Part shown: in pieces, positions 40,212-50,298 of the stretch
Layout: each line of letters starts with the position of its first letter
How positions within the stretch are numbered: position 1 is the first letter of the stretch
Source: an uncultured Clostridia bacterium
GTDB lineage: Bacteria > Bacillota_I > Bacilli_A > RF39 > UBA660
Direction of reading: 5' to 3'
NCBI GenBank assembly: GCA_948433435.1
Contig: CAOJDX010000004.1
Location: 1,058 to 65,057 of the forward strand
DNA: 64,000 nucleotides
Notes under the pieces: generated by a model
What the model was told of the DNA's origin: nothing
What the model saw: the letters and a program-made list of their open reading frames with translations, nothing else
Databases searched by the model: none
Translations under genes and position numbers: made by a program

Positions 40212-40250
40212 TTTCAAAATAACCGTTTTAAAAAAAATATAAAAAAGAGG

Positions 40251-40279
40251 TTGACATTCTTGAGTGATATTAATATAAT
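40251..40279 (+). promoter_or_regulatory. Consensus sigma-A promoter of the pncA-pncB-nudix-nadE operon
   Basis: TTGACA (40251-40256), exact 17-nt spacer, TATAAT (40274-40279). Confidence 0.7.
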
Positions 40280-40331
40280 GTTAATAACAAGTGAAAAAAA
40301 CTTGTTTAAAAAACACTTTTGTTATTAACAA
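40279..40331 (+). promoter_or_regulatory. Two copies of the palindromic element TTGTTA-T-TAACAA, a candidate NrtR operator: one abutting the -10 box, one 40 bp downstream
   Basis: tgttaataacaa at 40279-40290 and ttgttattaacaa at 40319-40331. The arms are reverse complements of each other. The same 13-mer recurs at 45392-45404 upstream of the prs-like gene. Confidence 0.45.
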
Positions 40332-40357
40332 AAAAATAAAAAGATAAGGAGAAAAAA

Positions 40358-40948
40358 ATGAACATAAAGAATTTAAAAGTCTACAACAGTGCTTTAATTA
40401 TTGTAGACATGGTTAATGGTTTTGTTACTGAAGGAGAATTACATGATGAAAGAATAGGGAATATAGTTCCAAGACAACTAGAATTAATTAAAGAAGCTAA
40501 AAATGAAGAAAAATTGATTATCTTTATAAAAGATACCCATACAAAAAAATCTGTTGAATTTGAACGATTTCAAAACACTACTCATTGCTTGGCGAGGGAA
40601 AGAGAAAGCGATTTAATCAGTCAATTAAAAATATTTGAGGGGTTGAAAGATACGATAAGTATTGAAAAAAACTCGACCAGTTTTATGGAAGCACCAGCAT
40701 TCAGAAAATTAATGGAGATGCAACAACAAATGAATGATTTTGATATTATAGGTTGCTGTACCGATATTTGTGTTGCTAATGGCAGCATAGGACTGGCTAA
40801 CTATTTAGATCAACAAAATAGACATCACAGTATTAGGGTACATGAAGATGCAATCGCAACCTTTGCTGAGGACATGAGACAAAATTACGTAGAAGCTGCC
40901 AAATTACTAATGACTCAACAAGGAATTCAACTAGTGAAAAAGAAATAA
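40358..40948 (+). CDS. pncA: Isochorismatase-family cysteine hydrolase, nicotinamidase PncA-like
   Basis: ALIIVDMVNGF N-terminal motif and a catalytic Cys region (IIGCCTDICV). Adjacent to pncB. Confidence 0.7.
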   Translation: MNIKNLKVYNSALIIVDMVNGFVTEGELHDERIGNIVPRQLELIKEAKNEEKLIIFIKDTHTKKSVEFERFQNTTHCLARERESDLISQLKIFEGLKDTISIEKNSTSFMEAPAFRKLMEMQQQMNDFDIIGCCTDICVANGSIGLANYLDQQNRHHSIRVHEDAIATFAEDMRQNYVEAAKLLMTQQGIQLVKKK

Positions 40949-41005
40949 TTTTTTTGAAATTGATATTAACAAAATATGAATAAGAAAATTGAGGAGAGAT
41001 AAAAA

Positions 41006-42466
41006 ATGAAAGAAGAAAATTTAACATTATTAACTGACTTATATGAACTTACTATGATGAAAGGATATCATGATATTAAAAATGAGGATAGGGTAGTCTT
41101 TGATGTATTCTATCGTCAAAATCCATCAAATGGAGGATATGCCATTTGTGCTGGTCTAGAACAAGTAATTGAGTATATCAAAAATCTACATTTTGAAAAA
41201 GATGATCTTGATTATTTACGGGAATTAGGATTATTCGACGAAAAATTTCTAGAGTATTTAGCAAATTTTAAATTTACTGGTAACATCTCAGCAATAGAAG
41301 AGGGAACAGTAGTTTTTCCAATGGAACCACTGTTAAAAGTAGAAGCTCCAATTACTGAAGCACAATTAATAGAAACAGCCATTTTAAATATAATCAATCA
41401 TCAAAGCTTAATTGCAACAAAAGCATCAAGAGTATGTCAAGCTGCTGAAAAAGATGATGTAATGGAGTTTGGACTAAGACGTGCCCAAGGTCCAAATGCA
41501 GGAACTCTTGGAGCAAGGGCTGCAGTAATTGGTGGCTGCAGTGGAACAAGTAATGTGCTATGTGGCAAAAATTTTAAAGTACCTATAAAGGGAACTCATG
41601 CTCACAGTTGGATTATGAGCTTTGAAACAGAATATGAAGCCTTTAAAACTTATGCAGAAACATTTCCTAATAATGTCATTCTTTTAGTGGATACCTATGA
41701 TACGTTGAAAAGTGGTATTCCTAATGCCATCAAAGTATTTCAGGAGCTAAAAGAAAAAAATAAATTACCAGAAAATTTTGGAATTCGTTTAGATAGCGGA
41801 GATTTAGCTTATCTATCCAAACAGGCAAGAAAAATGCTAGATGAAGCTGGTTTTTCTAAAGCTGGTATATGTGCTTCAAATGATTTAGACGAATATATAA
41901 TAGAATCTTTAAAAAGACAAGGAGCAAAAATAACAAGTTGGGGAGTAGGAACACATTTAATTACTTCAAGAGATTGTCCAAGTTTTGGAGGTGTATACAA
42001 ATTAGCAGCTATAAAAAAAGAAGGAAAAATCATTCAAAAAATTAAATTAAGTGAAGATCGGATTAAAATTACAAACCCAGGTGATAAACAGGTATTTAGA
42101 TTTTATGATAAAGAAACAGGAAAAATAAGGGGAGATATGATCGGTTATGCCAATGAGGTATATAAAGAAGATGAACAAGTAGTCCTATTTGATCCAATAG
42201 ATACCTGGAAAAAGACAATTTTAGAGCCAAAAACTTATACAGTAAAACCACTGTTAAAACCAATTTTTATCGATGGAAAATGCATATATGAGAGTCCAAA
42301 AGTAATGGAGATTAGACAATACTGTACAAAAGAAAAAGATACCTTAAGTAGTGAAAATAAGAGATTCTTAAATCCTCATCTAATACATGTTGATTTAAGC
42401 CAAAAATTGTGGGAAACAAAAAACAAAATGATTGAAGAAAAAGCAAAACAAAAGGTAAAAAAATAA
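41006..42466 (+). CDS. pncB: Nicotinate phosphoribosyltransferase
   Basis: 486 aa. LTDLYELTM N-terminus, GTHAHSWIMSF and DSGD motifs typical of NAPRTase. Confidence 0.85.
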   Translation: MKEENLTLLTDLYELTMMKGYHDIKNEDRVVFDVFYRQNPSNGGYAICAGLEQVIEYIKNLHFEKDDLDYLRELGLFDEKFLEYLANFKFTGNISAIEEGTVVFPMEPLLKVEAPITEAQLIETAILNIINHQSLIATKASRVCQAAEKDDVMEFGLRRAQGPNAGTLGARAAVIGGCSGTSNVLCGKNFKVPIKGTHAHSWIMSFETEYEAFKTYAETFPNNVILLVDTYDTLKSGIPNAIKVFQELKEKNKLPENFGIRLDSGDLAYLSKQARKMLDEAGFSKAGICASNDLDEYIIESLKRQGAKITSWGVGTHLITSRDCPSFGGVYKLAAIKKEGKIIQKIKLSEDRIKITNPGDKQVFRFYDKETGKIRGDMIGYANEVYKEDEQVVLFDPIDTWKKTILEPKTYTVKPLLKPIFIDGKCIYESPKVMEIRQYCTKEKDTLSSENKRFLNPHLIHVDLSQKLWETKNKMIEEKAKQKVKK

Positions 42467-42481
42467 TATTAAGGAGTTCAG

Positions 42482-43096
42482 ATGAGAAAAGAAAAATTAG
42501 AAGAATTAAAAAGTTACATCGAAGAGTTAAAAACCATTAAAAAGACAAAAAAGGAAATTGAGTTTGATGAAAATAAAAGGCCAAGAACTTTTTTAGAAAT
42601 AGAAAAATATGAATACTATCTCAATAATGGAAGAACAATTACGAGAGAAAAAATTTTAAAAAATCACCAACCAGGAAACGCTGCTATTGTTTTGCCTATA
42701 ACCAAAGATAAAAATACCTTACTTATTGTTCAAACACGTCCTAATACAAAAGAAACAGTTTGTATCGAACTTCCCGCTGGCTATATCGAATACAAGGAAG
42801 ACCCAAAATTAGCAGCTATTCGTGAATTAGAAGAAGAAACAGGATATATTCCAGAAAGACTTCAACTGCTTGATACCTACTATCAAGATCAGGGATGCTA
42901 CGAAGCCTTTAATTATAGCTTTTTAGCCTTTGATTGTACCCCAAAAAAACAACAAAATTTAGATAAAGATGAAATAATTAAATATTTTGAATGTACTTAT
43001 GAGGAAGCTTTAGAACTAGTAAATATGGGGTATATTATCGATATTAATTCTAAATATGCATTAGAAAAATCGAAAAAATATCTCAAATCAAAATAG
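42482..43096 (+). CDS. NUDIX hydrolase (ADP-ribose pyrophosphatase-like)
   Basis: Nudix box LPAGYIEYKEDPKLAAIRELEEETGY. Confidence 0.7.
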   Translation: MRKEKLEELKSYIEELKTIKKTKKEIEFDENKRPRTFLEIEKYEYYLNNGRTITREKILKNHQPGNAAIVLPITKDKNTLLIVQTRPNTKETVCIELPAGYIEYKEDPKLAAIRELEEETGYIPERLQLLDTYYQDQGCYEAFNYSFLAFDCTPKKQQNLDKDEIIKYFECTYEEALELVNMGYIIDINSKYALEKSKKYLKSK

Positions 43097-43175
43097 AAAA
43101 ATAAGAAATGATTATACTATAAATATAAAATAGAAAGTCTTTACTAAAAATAATTAATAAAAAAGGAGATATTTT

Positions 43176-45107
43176 ATGAAAGAATTAGGTTTTATAAGAG
43201 TAGGAGCAATTGTAAATAAATTAGCTCTTGCTAATCCAATAGAAAATGCCCAAGAAATTGTAAAAATGTTAAAAAAAGCTACAAAGGAGCATGTAGCCAT
43301 TGTAACAACACCTGAGTTATCACTAACAGGTTATACTTGTGGAGATTTATTTTTACAAGAGAACCTTTTAAATGCGAGTCTAGATGGGTTAAAAAAAATT
43401 ATAGATGATACAAAAAATTTAGAGATCATTTCTATAGTAGGAATACCAATAAAACATGAAAATCAATTATTTAATTGTGGAGTTGTTATTCAAAAAGGAA
43501 AAATATTAGGAGTAGTACCTAAAACCTATATTCCTAATTACTCTGAATTTTATGAAAAACGTTGGTTTGCTTCTAGTATCAATATAAAAAAGAAAGAAAT
43601 CAACCTATTTGGTCAAAAAGTTCCAATAGATACAAATATAATATTTAAAGACCGAAAAAATACAGAAATAGCATTTGCGATAGAAATATGTGAAGATTTA
43701 TGGAGTGTTAATCCTCCTAGCAATAATCATGCTCTCCATGGGGCCACTATTCTATTTAATCTATCTAGTAGTAATGAGATTATTGGTAAATATGAATATA
43801 GAAAGAATTTAGTATCTATGCAGTCTGCTAAAACGATATCGGCCTATATTTACTCCTCATCTGGAATCATGGAATCTACATCTGATGTATTATTTAGCGG
43901 AACTAGTATGATTTATGAAAATGGAACCCAGTTAGTGGAAAATGAAAGATTTGATTGGAATAGTAATTTAATCTATAGTGATATTGATATATATCATCTA
44001 GCTAATGATCGAAGAAAAAATATCAGTTATATGGGTGTTGTTAATGATTCCACCTATCAGGAAGTAGAAGTAGATATACCTGATAACATTTCAGAAATCA
44101 AAAGGAAATATGCCCAATATCCTTTTGTTCCAACAAACGAAGAAAAAAGAGATGAAAGATGTAAGGAAATTATTACTATTCAAGCGAATGCTTTGGCAAG
44201 AAGACTTTTACAGTTAGGAAATACCAAGTGCGTAATTGGGATGTCTGGTGGTCTAGACTCTACACTAGCATTTTTAGTAATCGTTGAAGCTTTTAAAAAA
44301 TTGAATAGAAGTCGAAAAGATATTATCGGAGTAACTATGCCTGGTTTTGGAACGACAAATAGAACCTATAATAATGCAATTAAATTAGTCAAAGAATATG
44401 AAGCAACTTTGAAAGAAATTAGTATTAAAGAGGCCAGTATTTTACATATGAAAGACATTGGTTTAGAAGAAAATGATCGTAGCATAACTTATGAAAATAT
44501 TCAGGCTAGGGAAAGAACACAAATACTAATGGATCTTGCAAACAAAGAAGGTGGAATAGTAATTGGAACAGGAGACTTATCAGAACTTGCCTTAGGCTGG
44601 TGTACATATAATGGAGACCATATGAGTATGTATGCTGTAAATACATCTATTCCTAAAACATTGGTAAGATACTTAGTCAAGTGGTTAGCAGATCAATCAG
44701 AGCAAGAAAAGAAAAAAATAATTTATGATATTTTAGAAACTCCTATTTCTCCAGAATTATTACCTCCAGATGAAAAAGGAAATATTCTTCAACAAACAGA
44801 ATCAAGTATTGGACCTTATGTTTTACATGACTTTTATCTTTATCATTTTTTAAGATATGGAGCAAGTCCAAAAAAGATTTATCTACTAGCTAATGAAACA
44901 TTTAAAGACAGTTTTTCAAAAGAAGAAATCAAAAAGTGGTTAAAATTATTTATCAAAAGATTTTTTACCCAACAATTTAAAAGAAATTGTCTACCTGATA
45001 GTATTAAAGTTGGTTCAATAAGTCTTTCTCCTAGAGGAGATTTAAGAATGCCAAGTGATGCCAGTTATCTACTTTGGATGAATGAGTTAGATAATTTAGA
45101 TAAATAG
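43176..45107 (+). CDS. nadE: Glutamine-dependent NAD+ synthetase (N-terminal nitrilase-like domain plus C-terminal NAD synthetase domain)
   Basis: 643 aa. C-terminal PP-loop GMSGGLDSTLA. N-terminal CN-hydrolase-like region with EICEDLW. Confidence 0.85.
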   Translation: MKELGFIRVGAIVNKLALANPIENAQEIVKMLKKATKEHVAIVTTPELSLTGYTCGDLFLQENLLNASLDGLKKIIDDTKNLEIISIVGIPIKHENQLFNCGVVIQKGKILGVVPKTYIPNYSEFYEKRWFASSINIKKKEINLFGQKVPIDTNIIFKDRKNTEIAFAIEICEDLWSVNPPSNNHALHGATILFNLSSSNEIIGKYEYRKNLVSMQSAKTISAYIYSSSGIMESTSDVLFSGTSMIYENGTQLVENERFDWNSNLIYSDIDIYHLANDRRKNISYMGVVNDSTYQEVEVDIPDNISEIKRKYAQYPFVPTNEEKRDERCKEIITIQANALARRLLQLGNTKCVIGMSGGLDSTLAFLVIVEAFKKLNRSRKDIIGVTMPGFGTTNRTYNNAIKLVKEYEATLKEISIKEASILHMKDIGLEENDRSITYENIQARERTQILMDLANKEGGIVIGTGDLSELALGWCTYNGDHMSMYAVNTSIPKTLVRYLVKWLADQSEQEKKKIIYDILETPISPELLPPDEKGNILQQTESSIGPYVLHDFYLYHFLRYGASPKKIYLLANETFKDSFSKEEIKKWLKLFIKRFFTQQFKRNCLPDSIKVGSISLSPRGDLRMPSDASYLLWMNELDNLDK

Positions 45108-45391
45108 CAGAAATACCAACCTAATCTTCCTATTGTTACTTTTAAATAAACTAATATATAATAACAATAAGAGGAAGCAATGAAATATTTAATTAGCACT
45201 GAATGTAAAAAATATTAAGTAGGGAGTTAAAGAAAATTATTCTTATTGCCTTAGAGAATATAAAATAGAGTAAAGTCAAAATTAAATAAAAGGAATAATT
45301 ACTTCTATTTAAAGTAAAACATTTATTGTAATATCCATCTTGATTGAGAAAAAAGTTATTTATATTCAAGAAGGTGAGATTTTTTTAAAAT

Positions 45392-45404
45392 TAGTTATTA
45401 ACAA
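45392..45404 (+). promoter_or_regulatory. Third copy of the candidate NrtR operator palindrome, upstream of the prs-like/nadD/pncC/nrtR/nadK unit
   Basis: tagttattaacaa, followed by aaaaataaaaaag. This is nearly identical to the 23-bp context of the 40319 site (gttattaacaaaaaaataaaaag). Confidence 0.45.
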
Positions 45405-45422
45405 AAAATAAAAAAGAAAGGA

Positions 45423-46508
45423 GTGAAATACATGAATGAACTAAAATTAATTGCTTTAAGTAATATTTTAGAACTAGGAACAAAAGTAAACAATAAAGTT
45501 CAGAAAATAAGAGGAACAAATGAAAATTATCTTATTCCCATTACAGAAAACCGCTTCAATAATGGAGAAGGAAAGGTGAGAATACCTGCTACGGTAAGAG
45601 AAAAAGATATTTATATTTTATGTGATGTTGGTAATTATGGAATAACTTATAATATGCATGGTTTTGAACACCATATGTCACCAGATGAACACTTTCAAGA
45701 TATTAAAAGAACCCTTTCGGCACTATCAGGTTATGCAGGAAAAATAACTTTAATAATGCCTCTCTTATACCAAGCAAGACAACATAAAAGAAAGGGAAGA
45801 GAGTCTCTTGATTGTGCTCTTGCTTTACAAGAACTAGAACAATTAGGAGTCCAGCATATTATTACATTTGATGCACATGATCCAAATATTAATAATGCCA
45901 TTCCTAACCTACCATTTGAAAATTTTTATCCTACTCATACTATATTAGAAGAATTAATTGAAAGTGAAATAACTGACAACTTATTAGTAATCAGTCCAGA
46001 TATGGGAGCAATGGAGCGAGCTAGATATTATGCGGATATGTTAGGTTGTGATGTAGGAGTATTTTACAAAAGAAGAGATTTATCAAAGGTAGTAAATGGC
46101 AAAAATCCGATTATTGAACATGCATATATGGGTTCAAGTGTCAAGGATAAGGAAGTGTTAGTTGTAGATGATATGATTGCCTCAGGAACATCAATGTTAG
46201 AAGTAGGAGAAAAACTAAAAAAAGAAGGTGCTAAAAATGTTTATTTCATCGCTACCTTTTCTCTTTTTACAGAGGGAATTAAACTATTTGACAAAGCTTA
46301 TCAAAATGGAATATTTGACCAATTATATACCACTAATTTATCTTATATTCCAAGCGAATATAAAAAAAGAGATTGGTTTACAGAGGTAGACTGTTCCTTA
46401 TATCTTGCTCAAATTATCAATGCATTGCATAATAGAGAATCTTTAAAGCCACTTTTTAATGGAAAAGAAAAAGTTTTAACAAAACTAGATAAAAAAAGAT
46501 ATTCATAA
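45423..46508 (+). CDS. Ribose-phosphate pyrophosphokinase-like (PRPP synthetase family) protein, long form
   Basis: PRPP-binding loop VLVVDDMIASGTSM, and ISPDMGAMERARYYAD. 361 aa. A start at 45432 is also possible. Confidence 0.65.
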   Translation: MKYMNELKLIALSNILELGTKVNNKVQKIRGTNENYLIPITENRFNNGEGKVRIPATVREKDIYILCDVGNYGITYNMHGFEHHMSPDEHFQDIKRTLSALSGYAGKITLIMPLLYQARQHKRKGRESLDCALALQELEQLGVQHIITFDAHDPNINNAIPNLPFENFYPTHTILEELIESEITDNLLVISPDMGAMERARYYADMLGCDVGVFYKRRDLSKVVNGKNPIIEHAYMGSSVKDKEVLVVDDMIASGTSMLEVGEKLKKEGAKNVYFIATFSLFTEGIKLFDKAYQNGIFDQLYTTNLSYIPSEYKKRDWFTEVDCSLYLAQIINALHNRESLKPLFNGKEKVLTKLDKKRYS

Positions 46509-46632
46509 AACAAATAGAGATTATTACCGTTCCAAATGGTTAGAAAGGACGAATAATCTGAAAAAAGTAAATTTAGTCAAGGTTTTCCATTTATATGTGG
46601 GCCTTGATGAAGTGAAAGGAATAAATCTTAAA

Positions 46633-47223
46633 ATGAAAATAGGAATTTTTGGAGGATGTTTTAATCCACCACACAAGATGCATAAAAAAATCGCCCTCAA
46701 TTTAATTAAAAATGATTATTTAGATAAAATAATTTTTGTGCCTACTGGCAATCTTTATCAAAAAAAAGAACTGATTTCCGATGAAAAAAGACTTCAAATG
46801 ATTCAACTAATGATTCAAGATCAACAAAGTTTAGAGGTATCTAACTATGAATTCGGAAAATTAACCTATACCAATCAAACTTTAAAATATTTTAAAAAGA
46901 AATATCCAGAAGATGAATTATATTTTATTTGTGGAAGTGATAACCTTTCAGAATTTGATACATGGAAAGAATATCAATGGATTTTAACTCATTTTAAACT
47001 ATTAGTAATTAAAAGAAATCAGGATAATATCGATCGAATTCTAAAAAAATATGATGAATATAGATCAAATATCCTGATTACCTCTCTAGAAGAAAATAAT
47101 TTATCATCAACAATGATTAGAGAAATGATTCGTCATGGTAAAATAGAACAAATCAAGGAAAGTTTAGATGAAAATGTCTATCAATTCATAAAAGAAATGA
47201 ACCTTTATCTTCCAAAAAAATAA
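46633..47223 (+). CDS. nadD: Nicotinate-nucleotide adenylyltransferase. The six-frame ORF begins at a GTG at 46597; the ATG at 46633 is preferred.
   Basis: MKIGIFGGCFNPPHKMH matches the NadD (H/T)xGH motif region. Confidence 0.8.
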   Translation: MKIGIFGGCFNPPHKMHKKIALNLIKNDYLDKIIFVPTGNLYQKKELISDEKRLQMIQLMIQDQQSLEVSNYEFGKLTYTNQTLKYFKKKYPEDELYFICGSDNLSEFDTWKEYQWILTHFKLLVIKRNQDNIDRILKKYDEYRSNILITSLEENNLSSTMIREMIRHGKIEQIKESLDENVYQFIKEMNLYLPKK

Positions 47224-47376
47224 TGAATCTGATATTTACAATTAATCTGAATCTTTCTATAATAATATACTGTAGAGTAATAAGTAATGAAAAATAATAT
47301 TCTTAAATATTAAATAGCATAAAATCAAGAAAATATCACAAAATGAAGATAGAGTAGAAAAAAGGAAAGGAATAAA

Positions 47377-47850
47377 ATGGATTTCAAAGATTTAGTAGAA
47401 AAATTAACAAAATTAGAAAAAACAATTTCCACTATGGAATCATGCACTGGAGGAGCCGTAGCGAGTAGTATCACCAATATTGAAGGAGCTGGAGAAGTAT
47501 TAAAGTTTAGTGCAATTACTTATTGTAATGAGTTTAAAGAAAAAATGGGTGTATCTGCTGAGGTAATTAAAAAGTTTAGTGTATATAGTATAGAAACAGC
47601 CGATGAAATGAGCAAAAATATTTCTGAGTTTACCAAAAGTGATTATGGAGTAGGAGTAACAGGAAAGTTAAATAAAATAGATAAGAATAACCCTTATGGA
47701 CAGGATAACATTGTTTTTATTAGTATTTATGACCGGGAAAAGAATACGTTTACTCATGATAAAATTACTGCAACTAAGGATAGTCGTAAGGAAAATAAGG
47801 AATTTATCATCCAAAAAATAATAGAAATGTTAACAAAAATAGTACAATAA
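47377..47850 (+). CDS. pncC: CinA C-terminal-domain protein, NMN amidohydrolase PncC-like
   Basis: 157 aa. ESCTGGAVAS motif of the CinA_C family. Confidence 0.7.
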   Translation: MDFKDLVEKLTKLEKTISTMESCTGGAVASSITNIEGAGEVLKFSAITYCNEFKEKMGVSAEVIKKFSVYSIETADEMSKNISEFTKSDYGVGVTGKLNKIDKNNPYGQDNIVFISIYDREKNTFTHDKITATKDSRKENKEFIIQKIIEMLTKIVQ

Positions 47851-47894
47851 ATACTCTTTATGTTATAATCAGCTTATGAAAAAGAGGTGTAAAG

Positions 47895-48725
47895 ATGAAA
47901 GAATATCAAAGTGAACAGGAGTTTTTAAAGGACTATAATTCAGATGAATTTGAAAAACTTTCTATGACAACAGATATTTTACTAGTTAGTGTATCATCAA
48001 AAAAACAAAGTAATTATCGTAAAACTAGTAAAAAAATGATGAGTATTTTATTAGTCAAAAGAACCAATTATCCCTATAAAGATATGTGGTGTTTACCAGG
48101 AGGTTTCTTAGATGTTAGAAATGAATCTTTAGATGAATGTGCCAAAAGAGTTTTAAAAAATGAAACCAATTTATCTAATATTTATTTAGAACAATTATAT
48201 ACATTTTCTGATTTAAACAGAGATCCACGAATGAGAGTAGTATCTACTTCCTATATTGCCTTAGTAGATAAAAATAGATTAAAAGAAAACTTAAATGAAA
48301 ATGTTTCTTGGTTTGATGTTATTTTATTAGAAGAGGATAAAGAAAAAGTTGATATTGTACTAGCTAATGAGGAAGAAACTATTTCCATAACCATCAAAAA
48401 GACGTTAAAAGAAAAGACTACTGATCGTTATAAATATCAGGCTATTAAAAATGAGAAGATAGCTTTTGATCATCCTGTTGTGATTTTATCTGGAATAGAG
48501 CGGTTAAAAAACAAAATAAATTACACAGATATTGTTTTTAATATGATGCCAGAATACTTTACTTTAGGAGAGTTACAGCAAGTATATGAGGTAATTCAAA
48601 ATAAAAAATTGCTAGACCCTGCTTTTAGAAGAATTATTGCCAACAAAGTAGAAAAAACAGAGAAGGTTCAAACAGGAGAGGGCCATAGACCAAGTGCCTT
48701 ATTCAAATATAAACACCATGACTAA
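47895..48725 (+). CDS. nrtR: NrtR-like Nudix-related transcriptional regulator (N-terminal Nudix-like domain plus C-terminal winged-helix domain)
   Basis: Degenerate Nudix region (LLVKRTNYPYKDMWCLPGGFLD...ECAKRVLKNETNL) fused to a C-terminal domain (FTLGELQQVYEVIQNKKLLDPAFRRII). Embedded in the NAD gene cluster. Confidence 0.55.
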   Translation: MKEYQSEQEFLKDYNSDEFEKLSMTTDILLVSVSSKKQSNYRKTSKKMMSILLVKRTNYPYKDMWCLPGGFLDVRNESLDECAKRVLKNETNLSNIYLEQLYTFSDLNRDPRMRVVSTSYIALVDKNRLKENLNENVSWFDVILLEEDKEKVDIVLANEEETISITIKKTLKEKTTDRYKYQAIKNEKIAFDHPVVILSGIERLKNKINYTDIVFNMMPEYFTLGELQQVYEVIQNKKLLDPAFRRIIANKVEKTEKVQTGEGHRPSALFKYKHHD

Positions 48726-49521
48726 AAGAAAAATTACCAAAATCAAACTTTTCCCCAATCAAAAAAATAAGAAGGCTCTAGAAATAGCTACTTATTTACA
48801 ACAAGAATTAGAAAAGAACGGTTATAAAATAGTGGATACTTTTTATGATTTAGCAATTGCTATAGGAGGGGATGGTTCTTTTTTAAGAATGGTAAAAGAA
48901 TGTAACTTTAATGAACAAATATATTATTTAGGCATAAATGCAGGCACTCTAGGGTTTGCTCAAGAAATTTATCCTAAAGACATCGAATCCTTTTTACAAA
49001 GATTAAAAAAAGAAGATTATAAAATAGAAAGTATAGGAATAGAAGAAACTACAATAAGGACTAAAGATTTAGAAAATAAATTTTATAGTTTAAATGAAAT
49101 ATTAATTAGAGAAAAAAGACTAAATACAGCTCATCTAAATATTTTAATAGATGACAATATTTTAGAAAAGTTTGTAGGGGATGGCATTCTGATTTCTACA
49201 TCATTTGGTTCAACTGCTTATAACCTAAGTTTTGGAGGTAGTATTGTTTATAACGAATTACATACAATGCAAATAACTCCGGTTGCTCCTCTCAATAGTA
49301 AAAGTTACAGAGTTCTTCAAAATTCCGTGATTATTCCAGAACAACGAAAAGTAAAATTAATACCGACATCAAGAAATAAAAATTTTATTCTAACCATAGA
49401 CGGAGAAAATCATATTTATAATCATGTAGTTGAAATCGAAATTATAGTTAAAAGAAAGATCAAATTATTGAGAATGAATGAGTATGATTATACCAAGAAG
49501 ATTAATGAAAAGTTTTTGTAA
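48718..49521 (+). CDS. nadK: NAD+ kinase. The six-frame ORF starts at 48694; 48718 is preferred, giving an ATGA-type overlap with the nrtR stop.
   Basis: DLAIAIGGDGSFLR GGDG motif, and NxGxLGF. Confidence 0.85.
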   Translation: MTKRKITKIKLFPNQKNKKALEIATYLQQELEKNGYKIVDTFYDLAIAIGGDGSFLRMVKECNFNEQIYYLGINAGTLGFAQEIYPKDIESFLQRLKKEDYKIESIGIEETTIRTKDLENKFYSLNEILIREKRLNTAHLNILIDDNILEKFVGDGILISTSFGSTAYNLSFGGSIVYNELHTMQITPVAPLNSKSYRVLQNSVIIPEQRKVKLIPTSRNKNFILTIDGENHIYNHVVEIEIIVKRKIKLLRMNEYDYTKKINEKFL

Positions 49522-49575
49522 AAGATTTTATGTAGTAAAGAGGAAAGATTAAAGTTATAAAAGCATAATATTTTA

Positions 49576-50127
49576 TTGGTGATAATTATAAAAAATGAAA
49601 TAAATATATCTTATCCTAGAACCAAATATCCTATTCTAAGTAACGAAATTGACACTCAGATAAAAAAGTTCATTAATCAGTTTATGGAATATGGTAAAGA
49701 AATAACTGATTTTGATTTTACTTATACTTTAGATATAACTTATGATGAGTATAAAAATAAAAATTATTTATCCTATGTTTTTTATACCTCAACTTATACT
49801 GGAGGTGCTCATCCTAATAATCAAATTTTTACCATAAATTATGACATAGAAAAAAATAAATTAATTACGATAGATGACTTAATTGTAAATGATACAACTC
49901 TTTTAACTCTTTCAACTGAAAGTAGAAGACTATTAAAGCAGAATCAAAATATTGGAAAAGATAAAAATTCTTTAAATATGTTAATAAGTGGTACAATGCC
50001 AAATAAAGATAACTTTAAGAATTTTGTATTTTCAGAAAATGGTCTAATCATTTATTTTGAACAATATCAAGTAGCACCTTATTCATCTGGTAGTTTTAAA
50101 GTATTAATACCATATAATAAAATATAA
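49576..50127 (+). CDS. DUF3298/DUF4163-family protein (RsiV/PdaC N-terminal-like)
   Basis: YTSTYTGGAHPNNQIFTINYD contains the GGAHP hallmark. No obvious signal peptide, so the start may lie upstream or the gene may be 5'-truncated. Confidence 0.5.
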   Translation: MVIIIKNEINISYPRTKYPILSNEIDTQIKKFINQFMEYGKEITDFDFTYTLDITYDEYKNKNYLSYVFYTSTYTGGAHPNNQIFTINYDIEKNKLITIDDLIVNDTTLLTLSTESRRLLKQNQNIGKDKNSLNMLISGTMPNKDNFKNFVFSENGLIIYFEQYQVAPYSSGSFKVLIPYNKI

Positions 50128-50298
50128 ATGATAGTAAATAGAATAGATATCAAGATGTTTATTCTATTTTTATTTCTCATTGACAATATTAATAAGCCCT
50201 CATATAATGAAAATATAAACAAATCTAAACAGAGAATTAAAATAGAAAATTTTGAATATTCTCATTAAACACATTATATAAAAACAAGGAGTTTTAAG

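Noticed and set aside
45108-45422. Possible riboswitch in the 315-bp leader of the prs-like gene
   Set aside because: No recognisable conserved riboswitch core. Only the 13-bp protein-operator-like palindrome stands out. Left as unstructured leader.
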